Shown here: positions 11,907 to 21,600 of the stretch, in pieces
Layout: every line of letters starts with the position of its first letter
How positions within the stretch are numbered: the stretch's first letter is position 1
NCBI GenBank assembly: GCA_963832165.1
Contig: CAWHTE010000007.1
Location: 896,001-960,000, forward strand
Reading direction: 5' to 3'
Length of the DNA stretch: 64,000 nucleotides
Source: an uncultured delta proteobacterium
GTDB lineage: Bacteria > Myxococcota_A > UBA9160 > SMWR01
Position numbers and translations under genes: made by a program
The notes under the pieces: generated by a model
Seen by the model: only the letters and a program-made list of their open reading frames with translations
Database searches by the model: none
What the model was told of the DNA's origin: nothing

Positions 11907-13154
11907 CTAGCTCAGGACCGGAGCCGGATCGAAGCTCACCCGCATTTCCTTCACGCCATTGATGAAGTTCGAGCGCAGCCGGCGCGGCTTGGCCGTGCGC
12001 TCGATGCCGTCGATGCGCGTGACGAGCTCGCGGAAGATCTCCTGGAGCTCCATGCGCGCGAGGTTCGCGCCGAGGCAATAGTGCTCGCCGTAGCCGAACG
12101 CCACGTGGTCGTTCGGCGAGCGGCGGATGTCGAAGCGCTGCGGCTCCGGGAACACTTCTTCGTCGCGGTTCGCCGACGGGTACCACAGGATCAGCTTCGC
12201 GTTCTCGGCGATCTTCTGGCCGCGGATCTCGCACTCCTGCGTGGCGGTGCGCCGGAACGAATGCACCGCGGGCGAGAAGCGCAGGATCTCCTCGACCGCA
12301 CCGTCGAGCAGTGACATGTCCTGCTTGAGCGCGCGCAGCTGATCGGGGTGGTCGAGCAGGCTGATCATGCCGTTCGTCGTGACGGTGCGCGTGGTCTCGT
12401 TGCCCGCGATCAAGAGCAGCAGGAAGAAGAAGTTGAACTCCTCGGCCGTGAGCTTGCGCCCGTCGAGCTCCACGTTCACGAGCGCCGTGGCGAGGTCGTT
12501 CCCGGGATGCGAGAGCGCCTTGTCGCGCAGCTTCGCGGCGTACATGAACATCTGCGCCGACAGCTGCATGTTCTCGTCGGCGGCCTCCTTCATCTCGAGA
12601 GACAGCGTCTTGCCGTCGTGGTACTCGGGGTCGTCGAAGCCGACCATCTTGTTGCCGATCTCGTAGACGTTCTGGCGATCCTCTTCGGGCACGCCCATCA
12701 GCTCGGTGATCACGAGCATCGGGAGCGGCGCGGCGAGCTCCTCGACGAATTCGCACTCGCCCTTTTCGATCACCCGGTTGACGATCTCGCGGCACATCTG
12801 CGCGATGCGCGGGCGCAGTCCGTCGACCATGCGCGGCGTGAACGCCTTGTTCACGAGCATGCGGTAGTTGCGGTGCTTGGGCGGGTCCATGCTGAGCATG
12901 ACCTGCTGGATGAACGCGAGCGCGCCGGGGTCGGGATCGCGGATCAGGCTGCCCTGTCGCTCCGACGAGAACTCGATCGGGCGGCGCGAGATCTGCTTCA
13001 GATCTTCGTACTTGGTGATCGCCCAGTAGCCCCCGCCCTTCGACTCCTCCTGCCAGAACACGGGTGCCTCGCGCCGCAGCACTTCGAACATGTCGTGGGG
13101 ACAGTCGCGCTCGAACGCGTCGAGGTCGTTCAGGTTCACTTCGGAGAGCTTCAT
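11907..13154 (-). CDS. Cytochrome P450 (CYP124/125/142-like)
   Basis: Start MKLSEVNL overlaps the TetR stop; SMDPPKH, LLIAGNETTR, EEILR, FGYGEHYCLGANLA heme Cys. Confidence 0.92.
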   Translation of the reverse strand: MKLSEVNLNDLDAFERDCPHDMFEVLRREAPVFWQEESKGGGYWAITKYEDLKQISRRPIEFSSERQGSLIRDPDPGALAFIQQVMLSMDPPKHRNYRMLVNKAFTPRMVDGLRPRIAQMCREIVNRVIEKGECEFVEELAAPLPMLVITELMGVPEEDRQNVYEIGNKMVGFDDPEYHDGKTLSLEMKEAADENMQLSAQMFMYAAKLRDKALSHPGNDLATALVNVELDGRKLTAEEFNFFFLLLLIAGNETTRTVTTNGMISLLDHPDQLRALKQDMSLLDGAVEEILRFSPAVHSFRRTATQECEIRGQKIAENAKLILWYPSANRDEEVFPEPQRFDIRRSPNDHVAFGYGEHYCLGANLARMELQEIFRELVTRIDGIERTAKPRRLRSNFINGVKEMRVSFDPAPVLS

Positions 13155-13783
13155 CGGTTTTCTCCCATGGCGTCTTCGGTCCGTGCTGCCGCGCTCGACG
13201 TGAGGCGCGCAAGCTTGCGCAGGAACTGGGTCTGGCGGTCGACGGTGGCGGTCGCGAGCGGGTCCTCGCCCAGCAGCTCGCCGATCAGCGGTGCCACTGC
13301 GAAGTAGCCCGCGATCAGCTGCACCCACATCGCCACCACGCGCGTGTGTTCGTCTTCCGTCCACGGCGAGCCGACCTCGCGCTTCATCTCGCCGAGCGCG
13401 CGCGCGAGGATCGGCTGGATCCAGACGCGCGTGAGCGGCAACAGGTGCGCGGCGCCCGTGAGCGCCTCGTGGTAGATCAGGCGCGCGACGTTGGGGCGGC
13501 GCGCGAGGTGCTCCATCGCGCGGCCGAGCGTCGCGTCGAGCGCATCGAGCTCGCGCTCGTGGCTCCCGAGGTCCTCGACCACGTCCATGAGCGGGCGCAG
13601 GCCGCGCTCGAGCACCGCGGCGTACAGCGCCTCCTTGCCCTCGAAGTGGTTGTAGAGGCTCGCCGCGGTCAGGTCGACGGCCGCCGCGATGTCGCGCACC
13701 GCGGTGCCCGCGAAGCCGCGCTCCGCGAACAGGGCCTCGGCCATGTCGAGGATGCGGTCGCGCGTGATGGGGGGCTGGGGCAT
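13151..13783 (-). CDS. TetR/AcrR family transcriptional regulator
   Basis: TRDRILDMAEALFAERGFAGTAVRDIAAAVDLTAASLYNHFEGKEALY helix-turn-helix. Confidence 0.92.
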   Translation of the reverse strand: MPQPPITRDRILDMAEALFAERGFAGTAVRDIAAAVDLTAASLYNHFEGKEALYAAVLERGLRPLMDVVEDLGSHERELDALDATLGRAMEHLARRPNVARLIYHEALTGAAHLLPLTRVWIQPILARALGEMKREVGSPWTEDEHTRVVAMWVQLIAGYFAVAPLIGELLGEDPLATATVDRQTQFLRKLARLTSSAAARTEDAMGENR

Positions 13784-13827
13784 GGGGATCCCGGGATCCA
13801 CGGCGGCTGCCGGGTCGGTCGGCCTGA

Positions 13828-13869
13828 TAAACGAACATTTGTTTACACGACCAAACGAGCGCGCGTCAA
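13828..13869 (-). promoter_or_regulatory. Putative sigma70 promoter with overlapping palindromic TetR operator
   Basis: Minus strand TTGACG-N18-TAAACA. AT-rich imperfect palindrome TAAACGAACATTTGTTTA (13828-13845, 14/18 symmetric) overlaps the -10, just upstream of tetR-P450. Confidence 0.6.
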
Positions 13870-13944
13870 CGCTTTTCTCGAGAAAATCGCCGCCTCCGGG
13901 GTCGAGGCGAAGACGGGGGTGAGTCCCTACAGGCCGGCGGTCGG

Positions 13945-15225
13945 CTACGCGCGCGGCGGCGGGCCGATCTCGATCATGCCGTCGCGGGCGAGCTCGACGA
14001 ACACCGCCACGAGCTCCGGGTCGAACTGGGTGCCCGCGCAGCGCTCGAGCTCGGCCAGTGCGCCGTCGAATCCGAGCGGGGTCCGGTAGCTGTCATCGGA
14101 CGTGATCCGATCGGCCGCGTCGCAGAGCGCGATGATGCGCGACTCGCGCGGGATCGCGTTGCCCTTCAGGCCGTCGGGATAGCCGCGGCCGTCGAACCAC
14201 TCGTGGTGGTGGTAGACGATCGGCGCGAGATCGCGCCAGAGCCGGATCCGCGACAGCATGCGGTGGCCGTACATGCAGTGCTTCTCGCAGGTGTCGCGCG
14301 TCATGAGCTGGGTCGTGTCGACCTTGAGCATGCCGATGTCGTGCAGCAGCGCCGCGAAGTGCAGGCGCGAGAGCGCCTGGTCGTTCATGCCGAGGCGCCT
14401 GCCGAGCCGATTCGCGAGCTGCGCCACGCGCTGACCGTGCCCGCGGTGGAAGCCCTGGTGCGCGTCGAGCGCGGTGGCGAGGATGTCGGTGACGTGCGAG
14501 AAGAAGTTGCGCTGCGACTCGCGCAGATCGGCGTTGTGGAGTGCGACGGCCGACATGCTCGCGAGGGTCGAGAGCGCGCCGAGCTCGCCCGCATCGAACG
14601 GCGCGGAGCCGTGGCGCAGCACCGCGATGGCTCCCTGCGCGACGGAGTTCGCGGGCAGCGGCACGGCCGCGGCGGCCATGTCGCCGGTCTCCGATACGCG
14701 CATCGCGGGCCGGCCCGTCTCGACGGAGAGGCGGACGATCTCCTCGATCGCGCCCGCGTGAGCGGTGTAGAGCCGCTCGGCTTCGGGGCCCGCGCTCTGC
14801 GCGAGCGCCGGCAGCGCGTCGCCGTCGCTCTTCAGGAACGCATAACCCGCTTCCGCCTCTTCGATCTCCCTCGCACGCGCGGTGGCGGACTCGAGCACGT
14901 CGCTCACATGCTCGGAGTCGCCGAGTGCGTTCGACCACTCGAGCAGGCCCGCGAGCCGCTCGTTGTCGCGCTTCATGCGCGAGAGTGCGCCGTGGATCAG
15001 GCGCCGCAGCACCAGGAAGGCGCCGAACGTGAGCGCGCCCGTGCCCACGAGTGCCGCGATCAGGCCGAGCTCGTTCGCGCGCCCCTCGAGGCTCGGCAGC
15101 GCGAACCGATCGACGACGAGCCCGAGCCCGATCAGCGGTACGACCGCGCCCAGGAAATAGACGATGAATGCGGCGCGATCGAGTTCGCCCGATAAGACCC
15201 GCTCTCGCCAGCCGCCAGTCCGCAT
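13945..15225 (-). CDS. Membrane-anchored GAF + HD-GYP cyclic-di-nucleotide phosphodiesterase
   Basis: Two N-terminal TM segments, GAF-like region, ALLHDIG, HHHEWFDGRGYPDGLKG, SRIIALCDAAD, GTQFDP. Confidence 0.85.
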   Translation of the reverse strand: MRTGGWRERVLSGELDRAAFIVYFLGAVVPLIGLGLVVDRFALPSLEGRANELGLIAALVGTGALTFGAFLVLRRLIHGALSRMKRDNERLAGLLEWSNALGDSEHVSDVLESATARAREIEEAEAGYAFLKSDGDALPALAQSAGPEAERLYTAHAGAIEEIVRLSVETGRPAMRVSETGDMAAAAVPLPANSVAQGAIAVLRHGSAPFDAGELGALSTLASMSAVALHNADLRESQRNFFSHVTDILATALDAHQGFHRGHGQRVAQLANRLGRRLGMNDQALSRLHFAALLHDIGMLKVDTTQLMTRDTCEKHCMYGHRMLSRIRLWRDLAPIVYHHHEWFDGRGYPDGLKGNAIPRESRIIALCDAADRITSDDSYRTPLGFDGALAELERCAGTQFDPELVAVFVELARDGMIEIGPPPRA

Positions 15226-15339
15226 GATCCCCGCGCAGAGTGATAGGCCCTCCCCGATCGGCGGATCGCCGCTCCCGCTGTAATAATAGAATGGCGCCCC
15301 GTGGGGTCGGCGGGAAGGCCCGGTATGGTTGGAGATCCC

Positions 15340-16215
15340 GTGCCCGAGCTCCCCGAAGTCGAGGTCACCCGCCGGCGGATCGCGCCCCATCTCGTGGGTC
15401 GCCAGATCCGGCGCCTGCGCACGACGCGGCCGAGCTACTTCTTCGTCACGTCGCCCGCGCGCCTGCGCCGCGCGCTCGCGGGCCGCACCGCGGTCGGGCT
15501 CGAGCGGCACGGCAAGTACCTGCTCGTGGTGCTCGACGACGGGGCGCGGCTCGTGCTGCACCTGGGCATGACGGGACAGCTGTTCTCCGCGGGCGTCGCG
15601 AGCCCGCGCCTGCTCTCGGCCACTGCGCGCGCGAGCCTCGCGCCCGAAGACCAGCTGTATTTCCGCCCGGACTCCCACACACATCTGTGTTTCGAGTTCG
15701 AGGACGGCGGACCCGAGGTGTACCTGCGCGACACGCGCAAGTTCGGAAAGGTGTTCTGGCTCGCCGACGGCGAGGCGCATCCGCGCCTCGCGCGGCTCGG
15801 CATCGATGCGCTCGAGGTCGACGGCGCGCGGCTGTTCGCTGCCACGCGCAAGCGGAGCGTGGCGATCAAGAACCTGCTGCTCGATCAGTCGATCTTCGCG
15901 GGCGTCGGCAACATCTACGCCGACGAGGCGCTCTTCCTCGCGGGCGTGCGGCCCACGCGCAGCGCCGCGCGCGTGACGCGCGCCGAGTGTGATGCGATCG
16001 CGCGTGGTCTCCAGCAGGTGCTTCGGCGCTCGATCGAGACGGGCGGCTCGAGCATCAGCGACTACGTCGCACCGGACGGGCGCGACGGCGAATACCAGAG
16101 CGAGCGCCGCGTGTACGCGCGGCGCGGCGAGCCCTGCCTCTCCTGCGGGGCGGCGATCGCGCGCGTGGTGGTCGGCGCGCGCGGCACCCACTACTGCCCG
16201 CGCTGCCAGAGGTAG
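15340..16215 (+). CDS. mutM: Formamidopyrimidine-DNA glycosylase (Fpg)
   Basis: (M)PELPEVE N-terminus, RHGKYL, HLGMTG, LLDQSIFAGVGNIYADE, zinc finger CLSC...HYCPRCQ. Confidence 0.95.
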   Translation: MPELPEVEVTRRRIAPHLVGRQIRRLRTTRPSYFFVTSPARLRRALAGRTAVGLERHGKYLLVVLDDGARLVLHLGMTGQLFSAGVASPRLLSATARASLAPEDQLYFRPDSHTHLCFEFEDGGPEVYLRDTRKFGKVFWLADGEAHPRLARLGIDALEVDGARLFAATRKRSVAIKNLLLDQSIFAGVGNIYADEALFLAGVRPTRSAARVTRAECDAIARGLQQVLRRSIETGGSSISDYVAPDGRDGEYQSERRVYARRGEPCLSCGAAIARVVVGARGTHYCPRCQR

Positions 16216-16218
16216 ACG

Positions 16219-17719
16219 GTGCTCAGCCTGCGAGAGCTCGAGCGTGCCACGGCGATCCTGCGCCGCGAGATCGTGGACCACCGGATCCAGCAGGTGGTGC
16301 AGCCCGACGCGACCACGATCGTGCTCGAGCTCTACGGCGGCGGGGAGAGAGAGGGGCGCCGGCGCTGGCTCGCGCTCTCCTGTGACGCCGCGCGCGCGCG
16401 CGTGGGTGAGCCGGGCGAATCGCCCGGCAGCGGCGGGGCCGCCCCGCCGCGCTTCGCGCAGTACCTGCGCGCGCACCTGCGTGGCGCACGCGTGTGGGAC
16501 GTGGAGCTGATCGACGGCGAGCGTCAGCTCGCGCTGCGCACGCGCGGAGCCGAGGGCGACCTCACGCTCCTGCTCGCGATCTTCGGGCGCAAGAGCAACC
16601 TCGTGGCCCTCGACGCAGAAAACAGGATTGCACTGACGATGCGCCCGCTCGCGGAGACGCGGCCCGAGCTCGCGCAGGGCGAGCCGTGGCGGCCGCCGGG
16701 CCGCACTCTGCCGCGCGCGGGCGAGGATCGCTTCGCGGCCGTGCCCGATGCGGACTATCTCGCGGCGATCGAGGCGCACTACGCCGAGCGCGATCGCGAG
16801 AGCGGCGAGCACGACCTGCGCCGGCGCATCGAGGGCGCGCTGCGCAAGGAGGTGAAGTCGCTCGATCGCAAGCTCGAGAAGGTGGCGCGCGAGCTCGCGA
16901 GCGCCGAGGCCGCGGCGCAGCTGGAGCGCCAGGGCGAGCTGCTCAAGAGCGCACAGGGGCGCGTCGAAGCGCGGCGACCGCGAGGTCGTGGTGCGCGACT
17001 GGGACAGCGGCGCCGAAGTGCGGATCGAGCTCGACCCGACGCTCGGCCCGAGCGAGAACCTCGAGCGGATCTTTGCGCGCTACCGAAAGGGCGTGCGCGC
17101 GCTCACCAAGGCCGGCGCGCAGCACGTCGCCGTGCGCGATGCGCGCGATGCGGCGGCGGCGCTCGAGGCCGAGCTCGCGGCGCTCGCGGACGGCCCGGCG
17201 CTCGAAGCGTTTGCGGAGCGCGCCGAGGTGGCGCGGCTCGTCAAGAAGTACGCGCCGGCGCCGGCGCCGGCCGCGCGCCCGGAAGCCCGGGAAGTGAAGG
17301 TCGCGGGTCGCGTGCTGCCCGCGAAGTATCTGCCGCGCCGCTACCGCACGGCCGACGATCTCGAGATCTGGGTCGGACGCAGCGACGACGCGAACGACTA
17401 TCTCACCACGAAGCTCGCGCGCGGGAAGGACCTGTTCTTCCACGTCGCGGCCACACCGGGCAGTCACGTGATCCTGCGCACGGGCGGCCGCGTCGACCCG
17501 CCCTCCGATGCGATCCTCGACGCGTGCGAGCTCGCGGTGCACTACTCGAAGGCCAAGAACGCGACGCGCGTCGACGTGCACGTGGTGCCGATCGCGAACG
17601 TGCGCAAGCCGAAGGGTGCCAAGCCCGGACTCGTCCAGGTGCACGGTGGCAAGAACGTGCACCTGCGCCGCGAAGAGGCGCGCCTGCGGCGCGTGCTCGA
17701 GGCGAGGATCGAGGATTGA
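16219..17719 (+). CDS. rqcH: NFACT/RqcH (Rqc2, FbpA-like) ribosome quality-control protein, frameshifted near 16965-16985
   Basis: N-terminal IQQVVQPD...RFAQYLRAHLRGAR...GRKSNL; after the frameshift IELDPTLGPSENLERIFARYRK, IWVGRSDDANDYLT, FFHVAATPGSHVIL, VRKPKGAKPGLV (NFACT-R). Confidence 0.82.
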
Positions 17720-18201
17720 GGGCGGCGGCGTGGATCGCGGCGCTCGCGCTGGTTGCGGCGCCACTCTCTGCGCGCGCCGAGACCCTGACGGGAAAGGTCG
17801 TCTCGGTCGCGGACGGCGACACGATCACCATTCTCGTGGATCGGGAGCAGGTCAAGGTGCGGCTGGCGGAGATCGACACACCCGAGCGCGGCCAGCCCTG
17901 GGGCAAGCGGGCGAAGCAGGCGCTCATCGAAAAGATCGCCGGCCACGTCGTACAGGTCGAGACGAAGTTCAACGACCGCTACGGCCGCCGCGTCGGCCAC
18001 GTCGTCTACAGCGGGCGTGACGTCAATCGCGAGCTCGTGCGCGAGGGACACGCCTGGGTGTACCGCCAGTGGCTGCGCGACGAGACGCTGCTCGACGACG
18101 AAGCCTACGCGCGCGCCGCGCGCGCGGGCCTCTGGGGCCTTTCCGAATCCGAGCGCGTGCCGCCGTGGGAGTGGCGTGACGCGACGCGTAGGGCGGACTA
18201 G
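17716..18201 (+). CDS. Secreted thermonuclease (SNase-like)
   Basis: TTG start overlapping the NFACT stop, signal peptide, VVSVADGDTI, VRLAEIDTPE, DRYGR, LVREGHAWVY, GLW. Confidence 0.85.
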   Translation: MRAAAWIAALALVAAPLSARAETLTGKVVSVADGDTITILVDREQVKVRLAEIDTPERGQPWGKRAKQALIEKIAGHVVQVETKFNDRYGRRVGHVVYSGRDVNRELVREGHAWVYRQWLRDETLLDDEAYARAARAGLWGLSESERVPPWEWRDATRRAD

Positions 18202-18264
18202 CCCGCAAGCTTCGCGCAACGAGCCGAAGGCGAGCGAAGACCCTCAGGCGGGCGTAATCCGCCA
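18188..18264 (+). repeat. GTAG-family REP palindrome
   Basis: GTAGGGCGGACTAG-CCCGC...GCGGG-CGTAATCCGCC stem with an inner GAGCCGAAGGCGAG segment, between convergent genes. Confidence 0.7.
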
Positions 18265-19044
18265 TCAGGCAAGGAACGCGAGCACCGCCTCGGACAATGC
18301 CTCCGGCGCGTCGAGCTCCGCCATGTGGCCCGCGCCCGGAAGCTGGCGGACCTCGGCGGGGGCGCCGAGCGCGTCGGCGAAGCGCTTGGCATAGCTCGGC
18401 GGCACGAGCCGATCTTCGGCGCCCCAGACGACGAGCGTGGGCGCGGTGATCCGGTGCAGGCGCTTGGCGAGGCCCGTGTCGGTGAGCGGCCAGAGCAGGC
18501 GCGCGACCGCCTCCTGCGCGCGCGCGGTCTCGATCTCCCACTCGACGGGATCGGCTCCGTCGGGCAGCGCGAGGAATGCTTCATAGCGGTCGGGGTGCGT
18601 CGAGAGCAGCGGCGGAATCGCCGAGAGGCGCTGTGCGAACAGATCGGCGGGCGGCTCGCCGACGTCGAACAGGCCCAGCGGCGCGATCAGCACGAGGCGC
18701 CGAACGCTCGCGCGCGAGAAGGCGGCGACCTCGGCCGCGAGCGTCGCGCCTACCGACGCACCGACGAGATCGACCGGCCCCGGCGCGCACGCGTCGAGCA
18801 GGTCGAGCGCCGCGATCACCCAGTCCGCGAGTCCGTCGAGCGCACGGTGCCCATCTGCACCCGGAAAGCCCGGCAGCGACGGCGCGATCACGCGCCGCGT
18901 GCGCGCGAGCTCGTCGAGGAATGCGGGCCAGCGCGGGAGCCCGCGCAGGCCGCCCAGGAACACGAGGGGCTCACCGTCGCCGCGTTCCCAGACGCGCGCC
19001 TCGATGCCGCGCGGAAGCGAGACGCGCCTTTCGCGCACGCTCAC
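18265..19044 (-). CDS. Alpha/beta hydrolase
   Basis: IAPSLPGF, DLVGASVGA nucleophile elbow, VWGAEDRLVP, GAGHM; start overlaps the LLM stop. Confidence 0.85.
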   Translation of the reverse strand: MSVRERRVSLPRGIEARVWERGDGEPLVFLGGLRGLPRWPAFLDELARTRRVIAPSLPGFPGADGHRALDGLADWVIAALDLLDACAPGPVDLVGASVGATLAAEVAAFSRASVRRLVLIAPLGLFDVGEPPADLFAQRLSAIPPLLSTHPDRYEAFLALPDGADPVEWEIETARAQEAVARLLWPLTDTGLAKRLHRITAPTLVVWGAEDRLVPPSYAKRFADALGAPAEVRQLPGAGHMAELDAPEALSEAVLAFLA

Positions 19045-20294
19045 GGGCGCAGCTCGCGCGGCCGCGCGCGGTCGGCCGTGGCGACGGGCCGCGGCCACCA
19101 GCGGTTCTCCCACTCGTCGTCGAAGAGCCCCGCGAGCTGCGGCATCACGCGCTTCGCGAACAGCTCGGTGTTGTACGTCGTGAGCTCGCGACTCATGTTG
19201 CCGAACTGCATCAAGAGCATCAGGTGCCCGACATTGAGCTCCGTGGCCACTTCGCGCAGCTGCTCGGCCACCTCGTCGGGGCTGCCGATGATCACGAAGC
19301 CCTGCGAGACGATGTCTTCCATGCGCGGCCCGCCGCCGCGCGCGCCGCTCTCGCGCGACTGCGCGGCCGCGCGTGCCACCTGCGACTGCACGCGTGCGCG
19401 CAGCGACGCCTCGCTCATGTAGCCGGGCGCGGTCGCGAAGCGCGGGTCGACGTGCAGGCACCGCCCGTAGAAATACTCGGCGGGCTCGCGGTAGAGCTCG
19501 AGCGCCTCTTCGCGCGACTCCGCGACACCGACGAACTGGAGGAATCCGCCGCGATACGGATTGGGCTCGACGCCGAGTCGCGCGAGCTCGTTCCAATACC
19601 CCTTCATCGTGGCGCGCCCGAGCTTGTAGCCGAAGTACGAGAGGTAGGAGTAGACGTAGTCGCGCTCGGCACACCAGTGCCAGGTCTCGATCGAGCCGCC
19701 GCCGGGGATCCACACGGGCGGGTGAGGCTTCTGCACCGGACGCGGCCATACGTTCACGTAGCGCAGCTGGTTGTAGCGCCCGTTCCACGTGAACGGCTCT
19801 TCCGCCTGCCACGCGCGCAGGATCAGGTCGTGCGCCTCGAAATAGCGATCGCGCAGCTGGCTCGGATTCTGGCCGTACGCATAACAGGTGTCCATCGGCG
19901 TTCCGACCGGGAAGCCCGCAACGAGCCGGCCGCCCGAAATGCAGTCGAGCATCGCCATCTCTTCGGCGACGCGAATGGGCGGGTTGTAGAGCGCGAGCGA
20001 GTTGCCCATCACCACGAGTGCAGCGTCGCGCGTGCGACGCGCGAGACCCGCCGCGATGAGGTTCGGCGAGGGCATGAGTCCGTAGCCGTTCTGATGGTGC
20101 TCGTTCACGCAGATGCCGTCGAAGCCGATCTCGGCCGCGTGCTCGAGCTCGTCCATGAACTCGTTGTAGAGCGCGTGGGCGAAGCGCGCGTCGAACAGCG
20201 CCGGGTCGATGTCGACCCACACCGAGGCGTGTTGCTGCGCGAAGTCTTCGGGCAGTCGCGTGTAGGGCATCAGGTGGAACCACAGGATTTTCAT
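19041..20294 (-). CDS. LLM class flavin-dependent oxidoreductase
   Basis: GFDGICVNEHHQ, PIRVAEEMAMLDCISGGRL, WPRPVQKPHPPVWIPG. Confidence 0.9.
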   Translation of the reverse strand: MKILWFHLMPYTRLPEDFAQQHASVWVDIDPALFDARFAHALYNEFMDELEHAAEIGFDGICVNEHHQNGYGLMPSPNLIAAGLARRTRDAALVVMGNSLALYNPPIRVAEEMAMLDCISGGRLVAGFPVGTPMDTCYAYGQNPSQLRDRYFEAHDLILRAWQAEEPFTWNGRYNQLRYVNVWPRPVQKPHPPVWIPGGGSIETWHWCAERDYVYSYLSYFGYKLGRATMKGYWNELARLGVEPNPYRGGFLQFVGVAESREEALELYREPAEYFYGRCLHVDPRFATAPGYMSEASLRARVQSQVARAAAQSRESGARGGGPRMEDIVSQGFVIIGSPDEVAEQLREVATELNVGHLMLLMQFGNMSRELTTYNTELFAKRVMPQLAGLFDDEWENRWWPRPVATADRARPRELRP

Positions 20295-20332
20295 TGCCAC
20301 CCTCCCGCGGCTGATGAATCATCGCGGCGCCG

Positions 20333-20791
20333 ATGCGAAGATTCCTTCACGCACTCCTCTTCACGGCAGCGCTCGCCGCCGCGTGCGGCAATGGTACTCC
20401 GCCCGCGATTCCGGGTGCGCAGCTGCCCGTCGACTGGCTCACCGTAGATGGCCACCGGATCACCGTCGAGGTCGCTCGCCGCCCCGCCGAGCGCAGCCAC
20501 GGCCTGATGTTCCGCGAGAGCCTGCCGCCCGATCACGGCATGCTCTTCCTGTTCGAGAGAGACGAGGTCCAGACGTTCTGGATGCGCAATACCGTGATTC
20601 CGCTCTCGATCGCGTACGCGGATGCGGACGGGCGCATCCTGCGCATCGCCGACCTCGAGCCGCGCGACGAGCGAGTCGTCACGAGCATCGCCCCGGTTCG
20701 CTATGCGCTCGAGATGAATCGCGGCTGGTTTGCCGCGCACGACGTGGTACCGGGCGACTCGATCACGGGAATCCCGAAGGGAATCCCGTAG
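20333..20791 (+). CDS. DUF192 family lipoprotein
   Basis: Lipobox LAAAC; VEVA...GLMFR...GMLFLF...FWMRNTVIPLSIAY...YALEMNRG. Confidence 0.88.
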   Translation: MRRFLHALLFTAALAAACGNGTPPAIPGAQLPVDWLTVDGHRITVEVARRPAERSHGLMFRESLPPDHGMLFLFERDEVQTFWMRNTVIPLSIAYADADGRILRIADLEPRDERVVTSIAPVRYALEMNRGWFAAHDVVPGDSITGIPKGIP

Positions 20792-20886
20792 GGCGGGAAA
20801 GCGAGCGAAGCGAGCGCATCCCGCCATCAGATGAAACGCGACGAGCTGCCGAAGGCGGGATCCGCCTTCGGCTCCTCCCGCCCTAC
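20788..20886. repeat. Inverted pair of GTAG-family REPs (REPIN-like)
   Basis: GTAGGGCGGGA-AAGCGAGCGAAGCGAGCGCA-TCCCGCC on +, and GTAGGGCGGGA-GGAGCCGAAGGCGGA-TCCCGCC on -. Confidence 0.78.
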
Positions 20887-21185
20887 AGGATCACCTCGAA
20901 GCCCTCGAAGCGCGGATGTCCGAGATAGGTGCCCGCGGGCGCGCGCGCCTGCTGGTGCGCCTTGCGGAAGCTCTCCGACTCGGTCCACGCCTCGAACGCC
21001 TCGCGCGATTCCCAGATCGTATGCGAGGCGTAGAGCGTGGACTCTGCGTCGCTGGGCCCGCGCAGCAGATGGAACTCGCGGAAGCCCGGCACGTCGTCGA
21101 GATACGAGTCGCGCTCGCGCCAGAGCTTCTCGAAAGTCTCCTCGGCGCCGGGCGCGATGCTGAAGCGATTCATGGCGATGAACAC
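20883..21185 (-). CDS. Antibiotic biosynthesis monooxygenase (IsdG-like heme-degrading family)
   Basis: MFIAMNRF, VPGFREFHLLRG, WESREAFEAWTESESFRKAH. Confidence 0.85.
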   Translation of the reverse strand: MFIAMNRFSIAPGAEETFEKLWRERDSYLDDVPGFREFHLLRGPSDAESTLYASHTIWESREAFEAWTESESFRKAHQQARAPAGTYLGHPRFEGFEVIL

Positions 21186-21225
21186 GTGCGATCTCCTCGG
21201 TCGGCTCGCTCGCAGGCTACCGCGC

Positions 21226-21558
21226 CTAGAACCAGCCCGCCCAGCGCGCCACGGCGGCCGCCGCGGCCGAGAGCAACCAGAAGCTCGCGATGCAGCCGAG
21301 CAACAGGCGCGATCTGCCGCGGCGCTGGTTGCGGATCACCGCGTCGGAGCTGATCCAGAGCATGACGAGCACCGCGGCGATCGAGAACGGATTGCGCTCG
21401 AGTGCCATCAGCAGCGCCGACGCGCCGAGCACGACGAAGATCGCGCCGACCGTGACGAGCACGGGCCACAGCGTCGAGTCGCGGAAGTAGGGCGCGAGCC
21501 AGAACTCCGCGCCGTGCGGCTCGTCGCGTTCGGGACGCGCCGGATCGCGATCAGACAT
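21226..21558 (-). CDS. Small membrane protein, function unknown
   Basis: 110 aa with three hydrophobic segments; fills the gap between two clear genes. Confidence 0.6.
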   Translation of the reverse strand: MSDRDPARPERDEPHGAEFWLAPYFRDSTLWPVLVTVGAIFVVLGASALLMALERNPFSIAAVLVMLWISSDAVIRNQRRGRSRLLLGCIASFWLLSAAAAAVARWAGWF

Positions 21559-21600
21559 CGAGGGGATGCTAGCCTGGGACCGCTCTCTGGAGGCACCGCC

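Noticed and set aside
15226..16812. Long N-terminal extension of the HD-GYP ORF
   Set aside because: Antisense to mutM and rqcH; the plausible start is 15225.
16219..18201. Apparent 660-aa NFACT-N/thermonuclease fusion in the ORF track
   Set aside because: Caused by a frameshift near 16975. The NFACT C-half is in another frame, and the nuclease has its own signal peptide and start.
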